Source: Patescibacteria group bacterium
GTDB lineage: Bacteria; Patescibacteriota; Minisyncoccia; Phycocordibacterales; UBA918
Assembly: GCA_040386275.1 (NCBI GenBank)
Contig: JAZKFU010000005.1
Span: 7,378 to 71,377, forward strand
Length of the DNA: 64,000 nucleotides
Direction of reading: 5' to 3'
Both the position numbers and the translations under genes were made by a program. The stretch's first letter is position 1. Each line of letters begins with the position of its first letter. Shown piece by piece: positions 29,866 through 39,012 of this stretch. The notes beneath the pieces were generated by a model. It was not told the origin of the DNA. It worked only from the letters and a program-made list of their open reading frames with translations, and did no database searches.

Positions 29866-30462
29866 CTATAACTTTACTCGATATTGGAGGGCTTCGAATA
29901 AATGTTTGGGTTCTATTACGTGTATTCCCTCCAGGTCAGCTATTGTTTGCGCTACTTTTATTAAGCGGTGGTAACTGCGAGGTGAAAGATTTAGTTTAGC
30001 GGCAGAAGCTTTTAAGATGTCTTTTACTGGTGGAGTGAGTGTTATGACGTCGTCAATATCACGGCTCGACATGTGCGCGTTTACGGTAATGCCGCGGTTA
30101 TGTAATCGAGTCTCTTGCCGGTTGCGGGCGTTTACTATTTCTTTTCTAGCGTTTTGGGTCTCGCCTTTATTCATAGCTAGAGCGGTCAATGTGTCATACG
30201 GTATATGGGGTACTTCTATCCATAAGTCTATCCGATCTAAAATGGGACCTGATACTTTTTCCCGGTAAGTTTCTTTCATGGCGCGTGCTAAATCAGTAGT
30301 GCCATCATAACTCCCTCGGTATGGATTCATGGCTGCCACTAAAATAAAATCTGCGGGAAACAGCGCGGTGCCTTGTACTCGCGAAATACTAATAACTCTA
30401 TCTTCAAGCGGTTGACGTAACGCATCCAGTGAACGCCGATCAAATTCTGGGAATTCATCCAT
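29866..30462 (-). pseudogene. comM: comM (YifB Mg-chelatase-like) 3' fragment, separated by the integrated element
   Basis: MDEFPEF..LRQPLE, AAMNP, SGP.LDRID, LS.R.Y.R.IKVA.TIADL. Confidence 0.92.
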
Positions 30463-30482
30463 AATGAGTGTCCCACAATTAG
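30449..30482. other. Left attachment junction (comM half + element half)
   Basis: GGGAA-N16-GTCCC with central AT (30461-62); core CATAA shared with the right junction; arm GTCCCACAATTAG. Confidence 0.85.
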
Positions 30483-30495
30483 AATATTTTTTCTG

Positions 30496-30822
30496 TTAGT
30501 AATTCTCCCAGTACCTTGGTTCTTGACCTTGTATCTTTGACTCATTAAACCGGCTGCCAATTTCAGAAAGTCTTGCCACTTTTGTAAAGTGTTGTCATTC
30601 CTTTTTCTCTATTAAACTCCTTGTTACGAAAGGAGTCGTACTGATATCATAATTCTTTGAGAGCTGGATAAAGTGTTCTGGTAAAGGTAAAACGTTACCT
30701 CGTTTGGATGAATGAGTAAGCATAACACCGTGAAAAGAATATTCGTCAATATCAGATAAAAACACTATAGGGTGGCTACCTAAATGGTTATTTGTTCCAA
30801 AAACAATATCGCCTGCTTCCAT
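30496..30822 (-). pseudogene. Small protein interrupted by an in-frame TGA (possible PemK-like fold)
   Basis: 75-aa ORF ends KKE-TGA; the frame continues QHFTKVARLSEIG...YWENY-TAA to 30496. Confidence 0.55.
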
Positions 30823-30832
30823 ACATTAACAA

Positions 30833-31576
30833 CTACTTAATATGTGGCAATACCCTAAGTCCATCTTGAATTGAAATTGCAGCCACATTTGTCCTTAATA
30901 GCTTTTTTGCAATAAGACTAATCGGTAATTCTCCTGTAATTACAGCAATAATCATAACGTACGTTAAGTAGTTGTTTTTGCCACCTACTCCACCCTTAGT
31001 TAAATCCTTACCTTTATAATAATATTTAACGTCTTCATTTAAAGCTATTGCATCTAGATACTGTAAAAAGACAATGGGTGGCACTCCGTAAATTAAAGGG
31101 ATTTTTGACGTTATATAGTCAATCACCATACTGTTTGGACAATATCTATAAATACGAGTGCCTGAGATTGTTAATTCATCTTTATGATCAAGCAGAAATG
31201 CTGAACGGAAAAGCAAAGCTCCAATTAATTCAACACAATATTTTTCTACTTTTGCTACTTCTTCTAAATCGCTTACTACATCACCAAATGTTGCCGCTGA
31301 TCCAAGATTAATATTATTCTTAAACAGGTCTGGTCTCATATCATGAGGATTTAGTGCACCGGTATACCCCGACTCGTTAGTTGATTCCTTACCAGGTTTA
31401 CCGAATGCTATTTTATAAACCCCATTTTCCCATATAGAGTGATATATTTTGCTTCTGAAAGTACCTGAATCCCAAGACATAGCTTCATTAATACGATTCA
31501 TTCTTTTTTCAAATACCGCTCGTTGACTAGGTGGATTTCCAACAATTTTCAGTATTTCGTTAAATTCAGGCACCAT
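30833..31576 (-). CDS. Hypothetical protein (possible nuclease)
   Basis: 247-aa ORF in island cargo; family not confidently recognised. Confidence 0.7.
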   Translation of the reverse strand: MVPEFNEILKIVGNPPSQRAVFEKRMNRINEAMSWDSGTFRSKIYHSIWENGVYKIAFGKPGKESTNESGYTGALNPHDMRPDLFKNNINLGSAATFGDVVSDLEEVAKVEKYCVELIGALLFRSAFLLDHKDELTISGTRIYRYCPNSMVIDYITSKIPLIYGVPPIVFLQYLDAIALNEDVKYYYKGKDLTKGGVGGKNNYLTYVMIIAVITGELPISLIAKKLLRTNVAAISIQDGLRVLPHIK

Positions 31577-31665
31577 AAATATTGAGTTTGAGATTAAAGT
31601 TTGCTTCGAAACGAAGATATTTTATATTAGCATCATTGCTGTTTAATGGCTAAATGAAATACTAA

Positions 31666-31693
31666 AAATGACCTGCAAAGTGCAGGTCATTTT
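31666..31693. terminator. Intrinsic terminator after the GHKL ATPase gene
   Basis: AAAATGACCTGCA-AAG-TGCAGGTCATTTT. Confidence 0.75.
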
Positions 31694-31708
31694 CAATAAA
31701 GTAAAGTA

Positions 31709-33259
31709 CTATCCTAGAAGTATTCTAAGATTGCTAGACATTGTAATAATCATGTCATTTAATAACTTACTTCTTAGTGCGTCAGTAGAATATTGCAACT
31801 TTGCTTCACCAATAACATAAACAAGAGCATGGACAGCATTTAGCAAGTCTTTATTGTCACTATTGTTAATTACAAATGTTTGGTAGAAAGGGTGGTCAAT
31901 GTTCCAGATAATAATAGTTAGTTTGCCTTCTTTCTCGACATCAATTATTGGACCTGCGGCAGTAAACGACGAAGTGCCAAACCTAACAATGTCACTAGAA
32001 AGCAATTGTTTACCAGTCTGAGAAGTTTTCTTTGGATTGGCGTCAGTCAAAAAACTAACAAGCTTTTTCTTTGTAATAGAAGAAGCGGTTGATTCTGGGG
32101 AGGCGATTTCAAGTAGCTTTGCAGAAGATTTAATATTTTTTTCTGCACTAATAAAATCATCTACCAGTTCCTCAGTACTTTTCTTAACAGAATTTTTATC
32201 TGTGCGATTTTTAATTGTTTCTACTGTATTGTAAGTACACTGATCAAGTAAATCAATAATTTTTTGCGTTGGATTGATATCGTGTTTTGAGAAGTTTATG
32301 CCCATTTGGTTATCTAATTCAGCACTAAATAACACTTCAATTCTCACACGATTTAACGCATTATGAACTTTAAACCTTCCAAGTTTGAGCCCTTTTGCAA
32401 TTTGTCGGTGGTTTCTAAGAATGTAGAATCCTTGATTTGTTTGATTAATTTTAAGACGAGTGTTTGTAGGCTTATCAAATTCAGGAATATGATAAATCTT
32501 TATTCTGATACTCTCTACAGCACCACTCTCGAGAGTGACGGGATATTTTTCGTCACTCAGTAATGTTGTGGTTTCTGCTTCGTTATATTGATCTACTAAT
32601 ATTCCGTCTACCCACATTGGGTCTTTGATAAAAACAGGTTCATTGTTAATGCTAATTTTGAGTCCAGCTCGCAAGAAATATCTGTAAATTTCACCAAAAT
32701 GGTTTGATAGAGTATCAATCAATTCTTTAGTATTTCTGATTGTGAGCTTATCACAATTACGTAGCACTAAAACTGTTCCTTGCTCACCAAGTCCAAATTC
32801 TTGACTAACTTCGATATGCGCTGGTGTTGCCAGACCACGTTGAAATTCAAAGGAGTTAGTCTTAATTACATCATCTAAGTCAAGAATCCCCGCAAAAGTT
32901 TGAGAGTTTTTCTTTTTAGTGTATATTTCGATTCTCTTTGTAAGAGATATTGAAGCTGTGACCAATCCAAGTCCAAATTTTCCTAAATCAGAACTATCTT
33001 CATGGTTAGTATCTGATCCAAGTCTGAGCGCCTGGCAAAGAACGTTGAAATCCATTCCTATTCCATCGTCAGATACGGCAATTGTAGTTTGTCCCTTTTC
33101 TTCAAGAACGTAAACCTTGATATTCTTTGCGTCTGCGTCGATACTATTGTCTAGTATATCTGCTATTGCTGTTTCATTTTTATAGCCACTGCTTCGTAGT
33201 GATGTCATCAATCTACCAGCATTTGGTGTATTTTCTGCCGTCGTAAATTTCTCGTTCAT
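31709..33259 (-). CDS. MORC-type GHKL (HATPase_c_3) ATPase
   Basis: SLR..GY..ETAIADILDNSIDA, DDG.GM, LGKFGLGL..AS, GT.L; S5-like GFYI.RN.R.I; WN..HPFY. Confidence 0.88.
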   Translation of the reverse strand: MNEKFTTAENTPNAGRLMTSLRSSGYKNETAIADILDNSIDADAKNIKVYVLEEKGQTTIAVSDDGIGMDFNVLCQALRLGSDTNHEDSSDLGKFGLGLVTASISLTKRIEIYTKKKNSQTFAGILDLDDVIKTNSFEFQRGLATPAHIEVSQEFGLGEQGTVLVLRNCDKLTIRNTKELIDTLSNHFGEIYRYFLRAGLKISINNEPVFIKDPMWVDGILVDQYNEAETTTLLSDEKYPVTLESGAVESIRIKIYHIPEFDKPTNTRLKINQTNQGFYILRNHRQIAKGLKLGRFKVHNALNRVRIEVLFSAELDNQMGINFSKHDINPTQKIIDLLDQCTYNTVETIKNRTDKNSVKKSTEELVDDFISAEKNIKSSAKLLEIASPESTASSITKKKLVSFLTDANPKKTSQTGKQLLSSDIVRFGTSSFTAAGPIIDVEKEGKLTIIIWNIDHPFYQTFVINNSDNKDLLNAVHALVYVIGEAKLQYSTDALRSKLLNDMIITMSSNLRILLG

Positions 33260-33521
33260 ATTTTTTTGTTTTAGCCCCCAATGACGTGTGCCACCAGAGA
33301 ATTTTTAAAATAAAAATGCAGACTCCAAAGGATGCCTGCATAATACAAAATAGTATAGTGCTAGCTTCTTTGGTCCTCGATAACCATTGGCCACCAAGAT
33401 AAGAATGCTATTTTTATGTAAATTGATTCTAGCGCATGAATATTTATCTGTCAATTTGAATAGGAATGTGTTTGCTTAATATGTCAATTCTCTATATTAG
33501 TCGATTTTCTCACACAATAGA

Positions 33522-33555
33522 GGGACAATTACTAGAATAGCTGTCCCACATTTAG
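33522..33555. other. Internal att-like site
   Basis: GGGAC-N16-GTCCC; right arm GTCCCACATTTAG is 12/13 identical to the left-junction arm; central dinucleotide AG. Confidence 0.65.
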
Positions 33556-33559
33556 TTAT

Positions 33560-34396
33560 TTATATAATAATTTTTCTTAATTTATATATAACTTCCTTCA
33601 TATTTTCACTATTTTTAGTGTTTTCTCTTAGTGTAAGCGCGAAAACAGAGTAGGTATGTACCGCAGTCATATTGATAGCAAACCGTATCATTCCCTCTGA
33701 TTGCTTAAAATGATCATCTGTTTCAGAGTGGTAAGAATCAATGGTACTTGGTCCTCCATGAACAAAAGAGGATAGTCTGGAGTAATCAGATACAAGGGCT
33801 GGAATAAAATCACTTCCTGGAGCCTTGTGTTCAGATAGATATCTAATGATATTCTTATAATCAAAGTTTGCTACCGCATCTTTTACTGATTGGTGCGAGG
33901 TATCCTTTAGGGAGGGTAAGTGCTTGATTATGTGTTGCCATACATTTAAGTTCTTTGATTCCAAGTCCATGATTTCAGACATTCGTTTTAGAGATATTCC
34001 ATACTGAACCTCTTCCCCAATTCTAACTAAACTTCGGTATTCATTTCCAGTTTCATCACTTTTTTCATTTGAGTATCTTGTCCAAATATAAGTAGCCTTA
34101 AGCCAATGTTCTAGAAAAGACCTGTACAGGACGTTCATGCTGTAATAATTGTCCTCTTTACCCAATTGAAGGAGGCCATTCTTAATCGTAGAAAGTCGCA
34201 CTATAAACTCCATTAAAACAATGAGGGTAACTTTGTCAGACCATCCTTTAATATGGTCATTTAATATCGGCATTCCAGTTTCAAATAGCTCAAAATAAGA
34301 GTTATTTACATCGTTAGCTGTATCTAGCCATTTAGAGAAAATTTCAAATTTATCGTCGTACTCTTTTTCCTTAGTACTTTGTTGATTCATCCTCAA
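33560..34396 (-). CDS. DUF5677/HEPN-like protein
   Basis: L.RSFLE and Y.RLSSFVHG motifs; start overlaps the recombinase stop. Confidence 0.65.
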   Translation of the reverse strand: MRMNQQSTKEKEYDDKFEIFSKWLDTANDVNNSYFELFETGMPILNDHIKGWSDKVTLIVLMEFIVRLSTIKNGLLQLGKEDNYYSMNVLYRSFLEHWLKATYIWTRYSNEKSDETGNEYRSLVRIGEEVQYGISLKRMSEIMDLESKNLNVWQHIIKHLPSLKDTSHQSVKDAVANFDYKNIIRYLSEHKAPGSDFIPALVSDYSRLSSFVHGGPSTIDSYHSETDDHFKQSEGMIRFAINMTAVHTYSVFALTLRENTKNSENMKEVIYKLRKIII

Positions 34397-36165
34397 ATGA
34401 TACTACTCATTCTAGGTTTGTACATTAGTGGGTTACTTTTTAAAAGATATTGCCTTCGCTGTGTTTCAGAGAGAATTTTTACGTGAAGTACTAATCGCAT
34501 TTTTTGGTCCACGTTTAGTTGTTTGCTAGTTGGTGATTTGATTGAGGATGGAAAGCGAAACACAACTTCTGCGTAATTGTCTTGAATAAATAGAGATATC
34601 CTTTCAATGAATAATCGTAGGATATATTGCTGTTCTTCGTAGCTCACATTAGCTAGTCGAGACTCGTACTGCTTAAACAACATCTTGATAATGTCATTTC
34701 TATTTACCAGCTCATCTGCTTTTAATAATGACTGGGTCAATTTATCTCTTTCGATAGTAAGAGTATTTACACGTTCCTTATTATCTCTAATTAGTTTTCT
34801 ATAGTCATCTTCTGCGAGATTCATTTCAGCAAATGCTAGCGCGATACGACCTTGTTGGTCTTTAAGGTTTTTAACTTGTTCCGTCAGTTCAGCAACTTTC
34901 TTTTCAATTCTTGCTTCGTTGCGGTTCTTAAAAGTGTACTCTTCAAGTCGAGGTAAAACGTTGTCTGGATTACTTAGAATCTCGACCAATGTTGTCCATA
35001 TAGGTATCAATCTAGTTTCTGCGCATTGACCCTCTGGATTGTGTTTTGAGTCACTCGAAGCAACTCTGTCTATGTCTTGAACATAAACATGGTAATACTT
35101 ACCTAATGTTGGTGTTTTTTGGTCTTTCTTTGGCTTCTGATATCCGCTCTGCAGTTTCTTGCCAGTGCTTCCCGAATAGAGCAAGCCAGAAAATAGATAT
35201 ATTCTTTTTTCATTACGCTTTTGCATTCGACGATTCATGTGTAGCTGTTCGATAGCCTGCGCGAACATTTCTTTTGAGATTATTGCTGGAACTGTTATTA
35301 AAACATGTTCAGAGCTATCTTTGTGAAAGCTTGTATCTGTAACAATTTGGGCTGTCCTTTGATTAGTTTTATATTTTCCAAAATACGTTTCACCAGTGTA
35401 TACCTCGTTAGCTAAAATTCGGTTGATTGTTCGTTTGTACCAGCTACCTTTCTTTTTTCTTGCGGTAATAGTTGTGTGTTTTGGGGTCGGTAGTTTGAGT
35501 TCAATCGCTCGCTTAGTAATTTCACGAAGTGAACATCTCTCATGTACCAACCATTCAAAGAATCTAACGACGACCTCTGCTTCCTCTGGGCATACAATCA
35601 ATTTCTTAGTTTCAGTGTTTACACGATAGCCGTATGGAGGTACTCCGGTAACCCATTTACCTTCTGCAGCAGCTCTTCGTTTACCTCCCATCATTCGGTC
35701 TCGTATAACTTCTCTCTCGTGTTCCGCAAAAGAACCTAGAATTTGTAGCATTAATCTACCGCTTGGAGTTGCTGTATCGAACGCTTCAGTCGAAGATTGA
35801 AACGCAACACCATACTCAACTAACTTGGCCAGTGCATTTAGTAGCTTACGTTGATTACGGAAGATACGGTCGAGCTTATAGACCAGCAGTAAATCAAATT
35901 CTTTATTTTCAGCCGCTTTAAAAGCTTTTGCTAATCCTGGTCGGGATTCAATTTCAAGAGTTCCTGAAAGACCCTCATCTCTAAATACATGCTCATCTAA
36001 TAGTGTGAAACCCTGACTGCTACAAAACTGTTTTAGTCTATCCTCTTGTACCTCCAGTCCGTAGTGCCCCTCTTTAGCCTGTTCTTCAGTTGATACACGC
36101 AAATAGATTGCCACTCGCTTGGTGGGTGCTATTGTGAAATTTAAGTTATTTAATTGCGTTTGCAT
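34393..36165 (-). CDS. Large serine recombinase (integrase)
   Basis: YLRVST (catalytic Ser), YKLDRIFR, G.PPYGY, recombinase domain IL.NE.YTG, PAIIS.E.F, coiled coil; zinc-ribbon Cys largely replaced (LLYSGSTG). Confidence 0.95.
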   Translation of the reverse strand: MQTQLNNLNFTIAPTKRVAIYLRVSTEEQAKEGHYGLEVQEDRLKQFCSSQGFTLLDEHVFRDEGLSGTLEIESRPGLAKAFKAAENKEFDLLLVYKLDRIFRNQRKLLNALAKLVEYGVAFQSSTEAFDTATPSGRLMLQILGSFAEHEREVIRDRMMGGKRRAAAEGKWVTGVPPYGYRVNTETKKLIVCPEEAEVVVRFFEWLVHERCSLREITKRAIELKLPTPKHTTITARKKKGSWYKRTINRILANEVYTGETYFGKYKTNQRTAQIVTDTSFHKDSSEHVLITVPAIISKEMFAQAIEQLHMNRRMQKRNEKRIYLFSGLLYSGSTGKKLQSGYQKPKKDQKTPTLGKYYHVYVQDIDRVASSDSKHNPEGQCAETRLIPIWTTLVEILSNPDNVLPRLEEYTFKNRNEARIEKKVAELTEQVKNLKDQQGRIALAFAEMNLAEDDYRKLIRDNKERVNTLTIERDKLTQSLLKADELVNRNDIIKMLFKQYESRLANVSYEEQQYILRLFIERISLFIQDNYAEVVFRFPSSIKSPTSKQLNVDQKMRLVLHVKILSETQRRQYLLKSNPLMYKPRMSSII

Positions 36166-36168
36166 ATT

Positions 36169-36606
36169 TTATGTTTCTTCAAGTTCATCTGGACAGATAA
36201 TTAGTCGTCCGTCGTTAAAGTAAGTAGTGAATGGTCGATTAATACAGTGTATGTTTATGTCATTTTTCAGTAGCTCACCCACAAAATTGACGAGTCCACG
36301 GGTATTCTTACTGACTTCACTGAATCTCATAATTATGAGCACATCGTACTTTCTTGCGTGACCGGCAGAACGTGCGCCGTTTAATCCTGGAAGTTCATCG
36401 TAATTCTGTTCTTTGTAATTAATATGGTCTGTGAACTCGAGTATCGGTTTAATGTTTTGCTTTTGACAATACTGTTCAACAAACATTTTGTTTCGTCTTC
36501 CTCCATGCTGTTCTGCTCCATGAGTCATAAGTGAAAATGGTTTTTTCCATGCCCAGTAGTAAGTTGCGTAACGCACTGATTTGTTAGGCTTATTCTCCAT
36601 AAGCAT
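36169..36606 (-). CDS. Catalytically dead resolvase N-terminal-domain protein
   Basis: Aligns by eye to the recombinase N-terminus (YC..Q, F.D, PGL, YDVLI, GRL) but RVS is replaced by WAW and DRIFR by SEVSK. Confidence 0.7.
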   Translation of the reverse strand: MLMENKPNKSVRYATYYWAWKKPFSLMTHGAEQHGGRRNKMFVEQYCQKQNIKPILEFTDHINYKEQNYDELPGLNGARSAGHARKYDVLIIMRFSEVSKNTRGLVNFVGELLKNDINIHCINRPFTTYFNDGRLIICPDELEET

Positions 36607-36760
36607 TTTTGTCTACTGAAACAACAATCATTCCTTCCTCAATTCTTCGTTCAAACACTATTCCCTCAGGTGATTCATATTCGTGTAATATACGGTGGAG
36701 CAAGTCATTTTCCGATATACACTTAGATAGCCGTTTTAATCTATGATTTGTTGTTTTCAT
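36590..36760 (-). CDS. Small hypothetical protein (56 aa)
   Basis: Manually translated MKTTNHRLKRLSKCISENDLLHRILHEYESPEGIVFERRIEEGMIVVSVDKNAYGE; overlaps the start of the next gene. Confidence 0.5.
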   Translation of the reverse strand: MKTTNHRLKRLSKCISENDLLHRILHEYESPEGIVFERRIEEGMIVVSVDKNAYGE

Positions 36761-36854
36761 AATGCCATATAGTTGACTATATGGCTGATTAAATACGGCT
36801 CCTTCTAAATGTACATAGGACGCCTGTTATTCATCCCTCTGATTTACCTGGCTT

Positions 36855-37838
36855 TTAGTGAACTAATTTGTACTCTCTTTTCCCATTCTTAGTGTCATAT
36901 ACAATTTTTTGTTCACTAACAAGTAATCTTATAGCTTCTCCAGCATTGCGTACTCCACACTTTGATTCTCTAACGATTCTTTCCTGAAGAATCATTCTAG
37001 GCAAAGATTCTTCGTTCAATATTTTTAAACAAAATGTTTTTGCAGTATCAACTTTAAGGATATTTTTGTCCGAATGTCCTCCATATTCTAAGGTCAAACC
37101 CTTATCATCTTCGTTTTGTATAAGGAATAATTTGATTGGCTCCGATTTTGGACCACACCGATTTTTTTCCTGTTGCAGAATTATTGTGTTTATCCCGTCA
37201 AGAGTTTTACCATCGATACTTATTGCAGAATCTGCACGGCCTAATATTGCCGAAGAACCTCTCGTGTTCTGTCCAGATGTACCAATTCCTTTTCTGCTGT
37301 GATGAACGAAAATTACAGAACATCCAGCTAATGCAAGTTGCTGTAACGCGGTCATCACTTTCTGCATTTCACTTGAACTATTTTCTTCACAGTCGTGAAC
37401 TGCAGCAAAGGGGTCGAGGATGAGACATTTTATATTGTTATCCATTATGTATTGCACAATCTCATCAATCCAACTCGGATTATCGAGCTTAAAACCATTC
37501 TGGGAAAGAAAATTCAGCGGTAAATTTTTGGAAAACCCAAGTAACTTACAGCGTTGTCTCATCTGCCAGATCCCTGATTCTTCGTCAATTATAAGAACAT
37601 TTCCTTGCTTAACATCAATTTGACCTACGAATTTATCACCACTTGCAACAGCTCTAGCTATTTCTAGTACAACCCAAGTTTTGCCCATACCAGGATGGCC
37701 ATATAGATATGAGATTCCGAATTCTGGAATAAGTTGATTTACTAAATATGAAGGAGCGGAGGATTCTGGTAATTCCATCAGCTCTTTAAGTGTGCAGGTC
37801 CCTTTATAGTAGATGGGGCTACTTTCAGTTTTACTCAT
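36855..37838 (-). CDS. AAA_25 / RepA-like helicase
   Basis: YLV..LIP, Walker A GHPGMGKT, VL.IDEE, ILDP, VHHSRK, RGSSA. Confidence 0.88.
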   Translation of the reverse strand: MSKTESSPIYYKGTCTLKELMELPESSAPSYLVNQLIPEFGISYLYGHPGMGKTWVVLEIARAVASGDKFVGQIDVKQGNVLIIDEESGIWQMRQRCKLLGFSKNLPLNFLSQNGFKLDNPSWIDEIVQYIMDNNIKCLILDPFAAVHDCEENSSSEMQKVMTALQQLALAGCSVIFVHHSRKGIGTSGQNTRGSSAILGRADSAISIDGKTLDGINTIILQQEKNRCGPKSEPIKLFLIQNEDDKGLTLEYGGHSDKNILKVDTAKTFCLKILNEESLPRMILQERIVRESKCGVRNAGEAIRLLVSEQKIVYDTKNGKREYKLVH

Positions 37839-38098
37839 AGTCTTCCTGAAATTCGAGTATCTTGTAAAAGTGCGACAGTCTTTGAAAAACCACTCAGAAT
37901 CTCTTGAATATCCTCCGTCCCATTCAACACTCGATTATTCATAGTAAGAGAAATTCTGTCACCTTCTCTTGTCTGGTAATAAAGGATGTTCGTATCTCCA
38001 ACGCTGTCTAATCTAACGTAACTTTCTTTCATACTTTTGCTTATTTCTAAGCACCCCGTCCTGTTCAGGAGATTTCGCATCTGAGAGTAACTTCTCAA
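37835..38098 (-). CDS. Small hypothetical protein
   Basis: Stop overlaps the helicase start (ATGA); true start may be 38032. Confidence 0.5.
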   Translation of the reverse strand: MRSYSQMRNLLNRTGCLEISKSMKESYVRLDSVGDTNILYYQTREGDRISLTMNNRVLNGTEDIQEILSGFSKTVALLQDTRISGRL

Positions 38099-38179
38099 AC
38101 AATATTCTCCATTCCGTTTCTAAATTACCGAAGTGCATACGCACAAGGATAATTTAAAAACGATAATCCGTCGGTTAAT

Positions 38180-38983
38180 TTACTTTTTACCACTCAATCC
38201 ACGTCTTGAAATAAAGCTTTTGTTGTCACTAAGTGGTAAAACTCTTAGCCATATGTCACTTTTATCAATTTTTATTTTCAAGGGAATGCGCTTAGTATTT
38301 AGTTGGCGTTGAATTTCTCGAGTTACAAGTGTTAGTTTATTGAGGTTTAAATTTTCTTTGTCATATACAAATTCATGATTCTTCCAGTCAAGTTTCGATA
38401 TTAGACGTTCTAGGGGCATTTCTTCATAAACTTTTACACCAGCTTCCATTTTTGCAGGCTGACTTAGTAAAATTTTGAGTAGCTGTTTAGCTGTTTTGCG
38501 AGGTGAGTACTCTTCGCCAAGCGGCACTTTTATCGTAAGTGTGTCATCATTAGTAAAAATAAATTGCACCTCAGTTTGGCTTATAGATGCACTGGATACT
38601 GTGTCCTCGCTAGAGTTAAGAATTAAGCATAGCCTTTCGTATAAATAGCTACCCCATTCAACTAATTCCTTTTGTGCTTGTGATTGATTTTGTAATTCGT
38701 AATTTATTGTTCCTGGAGTATAAGTAAATGAATTACTACAATAAGCAGCAAAGCCAATGAAATCTTTCACAAAATCCCAAACAGCATAATTGGCTCCGAC
38801 TGGCGAAAGTTTGCTTGAAAATGATGTCGTTAGAAGTTGAGTAGTTTTGTCTAAAAAATTGACATTTCGTTGAGTTACCATTCCATCATTCAAATTTACA
38901 AGCAAATCCTGAAATTCAGTTTCAGAGAAAATAACGTCAGTTGTTAAATTGTAATGCTCTGAGACTATATTCTGCTTCTTCAT
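38180..38983 (-). CDS. Hypothetical protein (possible C-terminal winged helix)
   Basis: 267-aa ORF; C-terminal LLKILL...LERLI...LVTREIQRQL helical pattern. Confidence 0.65.
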   Translation of the reverse strand: MKKQNIVSEHYNLTTDVIFSETEFQDLLVNLNDGMVTQRNVNFLDKTTQLLTTSFSSKLSPVGANYAVWDFVKDFIGFAAYCSNSFTYTPGTINYELQNQSQAQKELVEWGSYLYERLCLILNSSEDTVSSASISQTEVQFIFTNDDTLTIKVPLGEEYSPRKTAKQLLKILLSQPAKMEAGVKVYEEMPLERLISKLDWKNHEFVYDKENLNLNKLTLVTREIQRQLNTKRIPLKIKIDKSDIWLRVLPLSDNKSFISRRGLSGKK

Positions 38984-39012
38984 ATTACCAGCATATCAAT
39001 CTCATTTATTAT

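Noticed and set aside
30339-30560. 73-aa ORF spanning the left junction
   Set aside because: Out-of-frame chimera across the att site, overlapping the comM fragment and the pseudogene tail.
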